From: a virus
Taxonomy: Duplodnaviria > Caudoviricetes
Strand: one strand, 5' to 3'
DNA: 64,000 nt
IMG/VR virus record: IMGVR_UViG_3300020385_000660
Coordinates: 832 to 64,831 of that record
The position numbers were made by a program, and so were the translations under genes. Below the pieces are notes generated by a model, which did not search any database, had not been told where the DNA came from, and worked only from the letters and a program-made list of their open reading frames with translations. Of this stretch, positions 31,101 to 37,169 are shown piece after piece. Every line of letters begins with the position of its first letter. Positions within the stretch are counted from its first letter, which is position 1.

Positions 31101-34100
31101 TACTACTGTTGTAGCATCTGGATGTGTAAATGCAAATTATGTAGAAGCATACCCAAATAAACAAGAAGCTTTAACGCCTAATTGGGCAAGTGAAGATACA
31201 GAGTTTACAGAATTTACTAATACTCAATTATTTACTCCTGAAGGAAATCCTGTATACGGATTCTTAGGAACAATTGGTACAAGTATTCCTGCGGGACCTA
31301 GTCAAACTTATCCTAATGTTGTAACAAATATTTCCAATGTAGGTTTATGTGAAGATGAAATTATCTATGGATGTGTATTAGATCATTTTGCTGAATATTG
31401 GGGAGCTCAATCTACACCTTCAAATTCAAATACGATTTTTGGAATAAATAGTAATCAAGGTTCATTTATAAGTGAAGCTAATAATATTAAATCTTGGGCT
31501 AACGTCTCTTTAGAGAATGACCCTTCAAATGCATTATCTGGTGTATCCGAAAATCACGCTCTATTATTAGGATGTGGGAATTTAACTACTCCTAAAATTG
31601 GTTGTGTAGAGCCTGTACAATATGTAGATTATACATACCCAGGAGCTACTAGTATTACAACTAATATACAAACATCTTGGTGTAACTATGACCCTTTACA
31701 CAATATAAAGGCACCGGCTAATAGTAATAACGATTGTCAAGGTTTAATAGGATGTGTAGATCCTGCCTATATAGAATTTGATGGTATTTCTACAACTTCG
31801 CCTGCTGCTAATATTACTAATGTTGGAGATGCATTTAGTTGTAATCATTTAGGAAGCTATTTGAACAATTATATAACCAACTATACCGGTACTCTTTTCT
31901 CTAGTCCACATTACCCTGAACATGCTGTATCACTTAGTATTAATCCTTGTGGAATTGAATCAATTCCTGGTTGTACAGATTCCGATTATGTTGAATATAA
32001 TCCAGATGCAAATGTTTACGAGCAAGGAGCATGTCAAACTATTATTGTACAAGGGTGTACAGATACTAATTATTGTGAATACTACACAGGGGCTCAGAAT
32101 ATACCAGGAATTGGAGTAATACATCCTACAGTTTCAATTGACGGAGCTTGTCAGACATCAATAGGATGTACTAATCCTTTGTATTTAGAAGCTTACAATG
32201 AGAACTATGACGCTACTAATTTAGAATTAACTGGAGATGCAGTTTATGGAACTCCAACAAATGGGTGTACTAGTTTTACTCCTTCGGGAATATCCTTAGC
32301 AACATTTTTAAGCTCAAATCCAAATAATACTGTCCAACAATATCAAAATGCGGGATGTACTACTCCAATTGTAGTGGGGTGTACAGATAACACTAAAGAT
32401 GAGAACGGAAATAATTTGTATTTAAATTACAATCCAAATGCAAATTTAGCATGTTATGATGGAGAAACTTATAATTCATGTTGTTTTGAAGCTATACCTG
32501 GATGTACAGATGGTTCTATAAATGAACTTACAGGTAATTTAAATTATGTAAACTTTAATTCAGCAGCTACTTTAGATGATGGTTCTTGTATTCCAGCCAT
32601 TGAAGGATGTACTCAAAGTGGTCAATTTGGATTTGATGTAGGAGCTAATTTAGATAATGGATCTTGTTTGCCAGTTATTACAGGATGTTTAAATGAAACT
32701 TTCCCATATAATGGAACAGATACTCCATCAGCTAATCAAGTTGCAGGATATGATCCTACAGATCCTAATACAATTACATATCCTAATACACATCTAGATT
32801 CTGAATGTTTCCCTATTATCGAAGGTTGTACTGATCCTACAGCAATGAATTATAATAATATAGGTCCAGTGCCTACAGATCCTATTCCTTTAGATACTAG
32901 TGCTAATGCAAACTTTATAAATGTAAATACAGATAATAATACTTGTCTTTACATTTTAGATGGTTGTATGGATCCTTGTGCAAATAACTATGATCCAAAT
33001 GCTACAGTATCTGGCACTTGCTTCTATACTGCAGGATGTACAGATTCTCAAGCTTACAACTATGAACCTGATACAAATCAAAACGATGGTTCTTGTTTGT
33101 ACTGTGAAGATTGGTCTGCTACAACGGTAGGTTCTCCGTATATACAAGTTACTGATAATACATCATTTATAAACGGTGTAAGTTCTGAAGACGGAGCTAT
33201 ATCAATAACTCCAATATCTACTAGTGGTGTAACTACAGGTTATAGTGTACGTTGGTATTACTCTACACCAGACAATAGTGTGCAAGGTCAGCCATTACCA
33301 CAATATAACGATGCTATTTCTCTTACAGGATTAGCTCCTGGATATTATAGTTTTGAATTGTACAGTTCTTCTAGTCCTAATTGTGCTCCTGGCTCATCTA
33401 CACAAGGTTACCCTGCAGTACAAAGTCATGTTCATTCAGGTGTAAATTGTAGTTTTGATGAAGGAGAAGAGCAATCATATGTTGTTTCACCGGGCCCACA
33501 CTTGCAATTTGTACTTGTGCTCACTGACGGAGTTGGGTGTACAGATAGTGCAGGAATAGAATATAGTCACAATTCCTTGGGCGAGCTTAATCTTACAGCA
33601 GAAGGAGGAACTTTTAATACGTATACTCCTGGCGCTTCTACAACTACTACGCTATCTGCTAGTAATTATGATTCTTTTGCAAATGTAGATGATGGTAATT
33701 GTGTGTATCCTGGATGTACTGATCCTTCGGCATTAAACTACAGCGCATCTGCTACGGTAGAAAGCGGAACTTGTATTTACATTCAAGGATGTCAAGATCC
33801 ATTAGCTTGTAATTATAATCCTGAAGCTACTGTTTATGGACCATGTTCATACAAAGCTATATACAGAGACTGTAATGGTGTTTGTTTAAGTGGTGAAGTT
33901 ACTGATAGTAATCCTCTTGGAGAGTCTTTACAATTCCCAGGATTATGTCCTGAACAAGTATTATCAGATTGTATAGATACAGAAGCTATTAACTTCCAGC
34001 CGGTAGTAAATCAAACAAGAGTTATACCAGGAGGATCTTCTCAACGTATGAGAATTGTTACAGCTCCTGTAGCTATAGAAGATGATGGATCTTGTGTATA

Positions 34101-34770
34101 TGAAAATCCTTGTATACCTACAGATATTTATGATATAATTGATGCTTTAGCAGATACAGTTAATGATCAAGGTAGAACAGTTTTAACTAATCTTCGTACA
34201 GGAATGTTAGATCCTGCAGATGTTGCTACTATGTGGACATTAATGTTAGTAGATTATGTAGTTAACAAAGTAGGATTTGACGGATTCTATAATTGTGCAG
34301 GATATAATTATGAGGGTCAAGTTACCTATACTGAAGGAGTTGATAGCACAAATTATTTTGATAAATTCCTTACATTTGCATTTAAGCAAGGGGATGAGCA
34401 TTTTGCAGGAGTACAAAGTAATAGATCTAGAGCACTTGTTTCTTCTGCTAGCAATATGACTAAACAAGCTTCTAGAAACGCACTTGGATTAAATGATGTT
34501 GTAACTTCAAATTGCAACTGTCAAATAATCTGCACAGATGGTAGAGAGTGGATGGCAAATTATGCGTGTGAAAGTAATTGTGATGAGTGCTGTTCAAATG
34601 CTAATGTGGAGCTTTGTGGAGGTTCTAAAAATACTACAAATATTCTTAGCAATACTTCTAACACAAGTTCTACTACAATTAATGTTACATCTGCTAGTAG
34701 TAATGTGTCCTACAGCACAAACGGACAATCAACGTCTATATCTAGAAATAACAGAAATAGAAATTATTAA
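19156..34770 (+). CDS. giant (5204 aa) fibre/adhesin-like protein with Cys-bracketed repeats
   Basis: Dozens of GC(T/M)DxxAxNYxxxAxxDDGSC repeats interspersed with beta-rich domains; no signal peptide; lies in the tail module. Confidence 0.75.
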   Translation: MAAKNWILSKPVTGKVIELRSGSEVLVVNEVYNFSLPTLKGVLINQKDYRHAALDGTVTTYQFEKFAAILPKLAFKVKAVLGVDKYIIEYLSDDRLLNLPPTTIPLSYFTRGEVTYFDEDSQKEVTYMIPTRLYEVPSLVGILDERCLNYTPLSQTDTGFTGECILNPDTFIDACTDGRAWNSLKTSNQKSSLEVYEASCKYDYTGFESEQALLRDPSVNAAARNGFNYIDIVYGEISYGVYQLGLGISPYLTGVTGSYWDLSYDPAVGFDATDGYDDATMPTVTLAPGTHVIAVQVDAAGGTSFIDSVTIIVSPNLSGCTDPNASNYNVNATVDDGSCIAMLKGCMDDGTSFSNTYYTGGFPVVQSVVPAIPGQAASNYNSAVTQHSPQMCTYKICTDAGANNYKNPDDIVNTDPSDGTTFPLNQTVQVDPTGPCTYEGQVNGCTDPGISNASFYNPGNIYNTFTVATTTGSTAVGGNVTMDPDNSHWNFNPHANTQSGRCIPKFIGCLDPLASNYVTPTGNPDIDVNWHIPSMCEYSACSDSSADNQHHLDGGATATDITVAGVDDWGYKADGSSWSETEYWIAEDLGTNTTLTTSSAQYNEDNTLCTFDVGLDDICGAGSPQILEDAVSQALQSNQIGYNNTAVVVGTYAGQLDPSTGNACLSQLTATQSATVAGISYQQVTQEKVFCQVISASNPVLYLTNPEINGTIVWNYTGSTGGGADINITNISDTDASNVSNALTAANYNNSLSPTAYYYFRVISAEDDPVNGLTLSRDFGTNPIIALFDDANITKVGYQQGSYYYVPGGAVSNFQAGDSNIDIPIGFAVGTDSDGNILSSTQSGAGGGGNNCSHATIDNGTAAAEPMYTIYRVEVANMCAYTALNFVIDADLSNVPDEITINNTPVFEGSSVGCTDPTATNYNSSATSQDLAANYMFGPGLPYTWPMALSDGYCYIEGCVDEYYTAADPSNNLIVSSSLISGTDIPLQVGIYMPDLGGYIYRIYNGEVWIVSIVDLGNSAEYTYDGALGAVAAYDGGGFNDWELPDAENLVAIYNNVSSPTSRVDIIIDPDEYWSSTLHSEGYAHTYNFASGPTLTTPRIVSYETQVRAVRSVPLSEVIDITTYNDNCGSGINQYGCTDPAASNYVAGATASPIVGDISSNCTYGFHIEDWTEGTNNYNDQIIALGYTDTVDEDGTVISTASENFANGQLSYSEQVGYEPYGTFIIHYSSVHAWNHPTKQGVILPSEPTCLSDRLVPFIPIQVSNGTPSSVTADPNLNFGYNQDGGFYTNRVQVIGKKDSNTDTINYTLYATNPELDSQYFYQLQSGSHLASNESTYLLGNSTSSILGAITSESAHSLAEQFASAGYVSSDNGGFTRKSNHAYYFRFDKNLSYSINPNTGLDWTPSEMLNDLFGNTNVFIKDMLGDAYWPALNFHNLNSYNVNSLDPQSNLYYSDDADYQHLSFGNFLSSRYDEPTTGNELITDYNFPDNNGGGEWTVVGATAVGPITFVDSGGGDYVARRTSTGNAITGLQQQIAVTPGKKYSITYKKKVNIAGTDTSYFDYAKTYVEIVPDGTNYGEAIEYAANQYFTDGTEQTVTDTFTYVGSATSIYVVLYLSGPWEGDITEFSIKQVDEYPDGYITQEFRDNTVACNDAKTPGYYLYQLIPDGSLDTYDFSPYFEYQDEVSGCMDDTALNYNSDATLTQGNYNDCLYYLTSCDGTNPEITVTPHDDTAVNGVGCAQAYDVTVNACPSVISNAQISIVLGQLQTNNTNSDIALPNGDILPALQSVYVPVLQIVDIEPCIEGIQQDDSPAVIASFTYDPTSEDYQFASISNEANISYITGGVGIAPNSDITYSSQFQIQYDEYYTDPDGNILFGGPNEISYEFSDSTLYNDNSLISPIIDGCTTVESFNYNPNATCDDGSCLEYVYGCTNPLAFNYNSDANTNDGTCIPYVYGCTDTEATNYTYNVNEVADNTNLIGTSTYGDISSVSSTFGPFPNASTNYDINTSVPEVCFYCPNLLGADGSTNQINVEYASDDTLPSFSNLRFTWNSNINSGDSSLSAATDVTVQVTIIYEEFSLTTAVEDGNTIYTINEYDIVSSVTDTEMYSYDQLEDGIILEYFKMPTTSTATRIKSLEFTAYYNPGPNGVNRCLQKINHVVDHSLYPNFLLGCTDSTAFNYYDNSDYTSSGLTTGIFVTDIDGNTTEINVITPPNSDNGLICQPVVEGCIDATADNYNAAANTDNGSCLYSGCTNNTASNYNPQANVDDGSCIIYGCTQSWGVNYNADATDDDGSCKTYGCTDATAYNTHWCLDASDPCFSNNSYTSSAIHSTTCYYQGCMDAGNGVNQPVINLANEFASESTSTYTLNDVLANVPAGITHNMNNQIAEVVSAPGNPGEQATNYSASNTISGTCYYEGCTDPNASNYEPNATTNDGTCVYEACIDETASNYGEGVTVTGNASEQTNIQNTCLGPNLLAPANSLNFNYWHAGINANIVQVNPVRIETNPSYVSGNPAARVVLSPFNPQITLSGGSLTTPSTYSILEYDETAGTNSAGVATTILYPEVAANSDVLVYNYNVQLSVQSVASGTTLTVRIKEYKNVTDINDLNVSNWGSSSTLPYTETGVTTLIYDSVSNLYIATGWTPHYQTELVVLEMSNLTSGDSVKINNITLARETCSDVVLTQEWFNGLVESGLNVSLDLDNAEALIPVGGLQNNDPYFITIRKYFNEALAYTTSWGGEFNLNPNNDLMPGHTGSTYFPDASNETWRRTWFVGDNMLRFVKITPEYVAKFKVSEWPYNPMNIADHLIPAPFNLDEPRVVLSQSSVTYGTDQLYRLDFKARLTPGNATSEKKSIGVSDYVGTETNQGGSTWYYSTEVNHLYSESGVYNAIPNNQNNYILESDWVEYTVYWYPTSNSNGIALYNYGQNDNYEFEVKHIRIERVVPSVYNTTTDTCYIFGCGASGLYPVGHANEGQPWATNYSADVNSEIGIEVAPGTVGPNNELPCELAGCMTPGMDNYNEFATYDDGSCYKYGCMDSGLIEADYSPYPAPITLEEYLALNPDNGALDFTPGFPADNYDALATINQVSDIDSSNPCLYTGCTDSSSFNYSSLYTTTDNSTCIDIVSGCSDRFAANYNPNVNTESGTCCLQLLGTDADNDGVFELQNNIYGHSITSYTYSGVSAAAKPILFELVNYDCVGDADVDLQFKSGYNVLPDNLLNSDGTPKVGNITINAYPESGGTIDDTDTTFPTITKTWSQLQSGPVTVDIYNSAPTVLAVYIRVQFTYSNYSQSSEDGENGTSCTYSVDLHLDSDCASVSGCTDDGWNTTAIDGFNALNLGFPQQDFNPNVNLHVSSDCDGAHVLGCMDEHWAIPANQHVGEGASTTQTSWDNFNYNIAATGNDIQGNAYDGYSATPTINMYDDTYLGNSTGSLYGTSLGAYHPIYADLNLLDDTDPESAQHSGTPSPNTFEGSVYGCFPKVYGCTNNAKFNWNNWYHAGNINPTTGTNYTGTEFGALNFGTQYHQDPTINPNTNLAWTFDELVRNEHYLYNVNTAGTTQGNATDTCFNVVGGCTDSTAANFVTPSGGSATTTEGALAASEGLGSNVNTENNSCCYDASDLPADVDYPFSVTPACSTLPVVYDTNIYNTLDFTSGWSNLTSGTAVAIPHATSVIFATTSGFPNVYVLDALANLDVGKRYEITITGLVSSGQVTAAIYCANEAKVAALSGDPIADFVADLTTPNNGTGVGGQNGNSFYETVTSTQTFITPTIQTGFKDIILLLYGTVNSATFAITNIDIKEWKHPSHGVTTNILLDSWPELVNGVIDYSQITSITAETQNASSGAIYNSGSKTLADFQNGVDLYTYIYNDAASNAETSGTYNSTYNIGGTNNSDGSFVDPNLATKIVYTINYNAENGSACSSNAIVVTKNIGGTGIAASDTRCSTVYGCIDNTYLQFYLNNNAGNASAINNFTWGDSHGATIDNGSCTTVVASGCVNANYVEAYPNKQEALTPNWASEDTEFTEFTNTQLFTPEGNPVYGFLGTIGTSIPAGPSQTYPNVVTNISNVGLCEDEIIYGCVLDHFAEYWGAQSTPSNSNTIFGINSNQGSFISEANNIKSWANVSLENDPSNALSGVSENHALLLGCGNLTTPKIGCVEPVQYVDYTYPGATSITTNIQTSWCNYDPLHNIKAPANSNNDCQGLIGCVDPAYIEFDGISTTSPAANITNVGDAFSCNHLGSYLNNYITNYTGTLFSSPHYPEHAVSLSINPCGIESIPGCTDSDYVEYNPDANVYEQGACQTIIVQGCTDTNYCEYYTGAQNIPGIGVIHPTVSIDGACQTSIGCTNPLYLEAYNENYDATNLELTGDAVYGTPTNGCTSFTPSGISLATFLSSNPNNTVQQYQNAGCTTPIVVGCTDNTKDENGNNLYLNYNPNANLACYDGETYNSCCFEAIPGCTDGSINELTGNLNYVNFNSAATLDDGSCIPAIEGCTQSGQFGFDVGANLDNGSCLPVITGCLNETFPYNGTDTPSANQVAGYDPTDPNTITYPNTHLDSECFPIIEGCTDPTAMNYNNIGPVPTDPIPLDTSANANFINVNTDNNTCLYILDGCMDPCANNYDPNATVSGTCFYTAGCTDSQAYNYEPDTNQNDGSCLYCEDWSATTVGSPYIQVTDNTSFINGVSSEDGAISITPISTSGVTTGYSVRWYYSTPDNSVQGQPLPQYNDAISLTGLAPGYYSFELYSSSSPNCAPGSSTQGYPAVQSHVHSGVNCSFDEGEEQSYVVSPGPHLQFVLVLTDGVGCTDSAGIEYSHNSLGELNLTAEGGTFNTYTPGASTTTTLSASNYDSFANVDDGNCVYPGCTDPSALNYSASATVESGTCIYIQGCQDPLACNYNPEATVYGPCSYKAIYRDCNGVCLSGEVTDSNPLGESLQFPGLCPEQVLSDCIDTEAINFQPVVNQTRVIPGGSSQRMRIVTAPVAIEDDGSCVYENPCIPTDIYDIIDALADTVNDQGRTVLTNLRTGMLDPADVATMWTLMLVDYVVNKVGFDGFYNCAGYNYEGQVTYTEGVDSTNYFDKFLTFAFKQGDEHFAGVQSNRSRALVSSASNMTKQASRNALGLNDVVTSNCNCQIICTDGREWMANYACESNCDECCSNANVELCGGSKNTTNILSNTSNTSSTTINVTSASSNVSYSTNGQSTSISRNNRNRNY

Positions 34771-34789
34771 CTAACCATAAATTAATACC

Positions 34790-35212
34790 ATGGCAAAGAT
34801 TACCATAACTAAGACAAAAGGAAATTTTTTAAATTTACTCAAAGGTTTATTTTCAGTATTACATGTACGAGGTAAAGACTTTAGTTTTATTATTAAAGAC
34901 AATATTGTCATTATTAAAAATGCTTTAACTGGATATATTTTTGATGTACCACCTGAAAATTATCAGCTGCTTATGCAAGAGTTTAAAACTATTATTGCCT
35001 CTGGAGCAGAAGATGCGGATGAACAAATAAAAGCAATTAAAGATGCTAACCCGGAAGCAGTAAAAGAAAGAGAAGATCAATTAAAAGCTACAGAAGAAGC
35101 TTTAAAACAAGAGATTTCTTTAGAACTTAAAAGCATTCCTAGAAGTATTGTTAATGACGAAATTACTGCAGAAAATTTATTAATATTAGATGAACTGATA
35201 GAATCAGAGTAA
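34790..35212 (+). CDS. hypothetical protein, possible fibre assembly chaperone
   Basis: 140 aa, helical, between fibre genes. Confidence 0.55.
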   Translation: MAKITITKTKGNFLNLLKGLFSVLHVRGKDFSFIIKDNIVIIKNALTGYIFDVPPENYQLLMQEFKTIIASGAEDADEQIKAIKDANPEAVKEREDQLKATEEALKQEISLELKSIPRSIVNDEITAENLLILDELIESE

Positions 35213-35213
35213 C

Positions 35214-36464
35214 ATGGCAATTAGAGTAAACAGATCTTTAGTAACAAGTGCGGCTGACTTACAGATAAGTAGTAACAGTGAAAAACTACAACAAGTAGAT
35301 TTTATAAGTTTTACTACTAAAAGTGATGAGCCTGTTGGTATTGTTATTTACTCTACTACTAATGATACTAGTTCATTTCCTAATGAAAAAATTAATTTAC
35401 ATCAATTTAGTATTACAAGTAAAACTCCAAAAATTTTATTAAAAGAAGATTTTCCTATTGGAGACGCTAACGAATATTTATTTGGTAATGATTCATCGTA
35501 TAATAAACTCTTTGTAGCTGTCTCTAGCTCTGAAGATGTTTCAGATAGAGTAATTGTTCACTACTCTGTTACAGATGTAAGTGTATCAGCAGATTACACA
35601 ACAGAAATGATACAAGATATTGTTGGAGCTATGTTTACAGGTAATACTGAAACTAATATTGCTGCAACATATGAAGACTCTGATGGTACAATAGATCTTG
35701 CGTCTGTAGATACTAATACTACATATTCTGCTTTTGATAATGATAATGCGGGATTAGTTCCTGACCCAGGTAGTACCGGGACAACTACTAAATATTTAAG
35801 AGAAGATGGATCATTTCAAGTTCCTCCTGATACTAACACTACTTATTCTGAAGCTACAAGTTCTGCAGAAGGGCTTATGTCCACTGCACATCATGACAAG
35901 CTTGATGGAATAGCGGCAGGTGCAGAAGTTAATGTACAAAGTGATTGGAATTCTGCAAGTGGAGATAATCAAATACTTAATAAACCTGCTCTTGTAAATC
36001 CAGCATCTGTAACTGTATTTCCTAGCTCAGTTGCTACAGGAAACATATTATGGAAGCAAGCTAAAGTAACTCTTTCAGAAGCACAATTAAATTCTTTACA
36101 TTCAACTCCAATAACCTTAGTTGCAGCTCAAGGAGCTGATACAATTATTATGTGCGGAGACGCAATATCTCTTATAGATAGAGATTCTAGTACGGCGCAA
36201 TCAGCATCTACTTGTGATTTAATTATAGGATACAATAGTACAACTACTTATACTGAAGCTATATTATACGAAAGAAGATTTATGTATAATGAATCAGGAG
36301 ATAGAACTTGGTCGTTAAAAGCAGATTATAGTGGAGAAGTTGCATCAAGTTTAACAGGAGCTGTTAATGTCCCTGTTACTATAGCATTTACTAATGCTTG
36401 TACTTCTGGTAGTTTAGATTCAGTAACAATATATTTACAATATTACGTAATAGATAATTCATAA
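35214..36464 (+). CDS. tail/head fibre protein
   Basis: EMIQDIVGAMFTGNTETNIAATYEDSDGTIDL, DTNTTYS repeats and GLMSxxxxxKLDGIAAGAEVNVQSDWN are common phage fibre motifs. Confidence 0.75.
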   Translation: MAIRVNRSLVTSAADLQISSNSEKLQQVDFISFTTKSDEPVGIVIYSTTNDTSSFPNEKINLHQFSITSKTPKILLKEDFPIGDANEYLFGNDSSYNKLFVAVSSSEDVSDRVIVHYSVTDVSVSADYTTEMIQDIVGAMFTGNTETNIAATYEDSDGTIDLASVDTNTTYSAFDNDNAGLVPDPGSTGTTTKYLREDGSFQVPPDTNTTYSEATSSAEGLMSTAHHDKLDGIAAGAEVNVQSDWNSASGDNQILNKPALVNPASVTVFPSSVATGNILWKQAKVTLSEAQLNSLHSTPITLVAAQGADTIIMCGDAISLIDRDSSTAQSASTCDLIIGYNSTTTYTEAILYERRFMYNESGDRTWSLKADYSGEVASSLTGAVNVPVTIAFTNACTSGSLDSVTIYLQYYVIDNS

Positions 36465-36955
36465 TGGCATTAAATAATAAAAAATACCAAAAATTTTATA
36501 GTACATCTGGATCAGATGCAGATAAAATAGATGCCAATAAATTAGCTAAAATTAAAGATTTATGGGATAAGGATGCTGCTTCAGGGCGTAATGTAATTAT
36601 GTTAGATGACCCTCATATAGGTCCTCTTTTATACCAATTACAACAAATGCAAGATGAATTTGATTCTATCAGAGATCATATTGTAAATGATGTTGTAGGA
36701 CAACAAGGTGCTACAGGCCCACAAGGGCCTCAAGGTTCAGCTGGTAGTAACGGTGCTGCAGGTGCTGCAGGAGCAAAAGGAGATAAAGGAGATACAGGTA
36801 ATGCTGGAGCAAAAGGGTCTACAGGTTCTACTGGGCCTGCTGGTCCTGCACAAACAGATCCATCAAAATTAGATGGTACTAAATTACCTACAAGTAGTAA
36901 AAATTTACCCACAGGTACTTTTTGGAATGATAAAGGAGTAGTAAAAATAGCATAA
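36464..36955 (+). CDS. collagen-like (Gly-X-Y) fibre protein
   Basis: Uninterrupted GXY run GQQGATGPQ...GPAGPA after a coiled coil. Confidence 0.8.
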   Translation: MALNNKKYQKFYSTSGSDADKIDANKLAKIKDLWDKDAASGRNVIMLDDPHIGPLLYQLQQMQDEFDSIRDHIVNDVVGQQGATGPQGPQGSAGSNGAAGAAGAKGDKGDTGNAGAKGSTGSTGPAGPAQTDPSKLDGTKLPTSSKNLPTGTFWNDKGVVKIA

Positions 36956-36956
36956 T

Positions 36957-37169
36957 ATGGAAATATTTAAAGATAATAATAATTGGAATGAAAAGGCAGT
37001 TGTAGGCTTTATAGCTTTTGCAATCATGTGCCTTATAATGGTAGCCGATCTTGTAACAGGATGGGTGGGTACCGATTTAGTAATTAACGAGTTTGTATAT
37101 GACTCATTTGTATGGGTTGTCCTAGGGTGCTTTGGTATCTCAGGAGTAGAAAAATTTGCTAAAAAATGA
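36957..37169 (+). CDS. two-TM membrane protein, holin-like
   Basis: 70 aa, two hydrophobic helices, C-terminal GVEKFAKK. Confidence 0.6.
   Translation: MEIFKDNNNWNEKAVVGFIAFAIMCLIMVADLVTGWVGTDLVINEFVYDSFVWVVLGCFGISGVEKFAKK

Noticed and set aside
19156-34770. Repeats as CRISPR array or DGR template/variable pair
   Set aside because: The repeats are degenerate at the DNA level and in-frame protein repeats; no RT or cas genes and no near-identical TR/VR pair seen.
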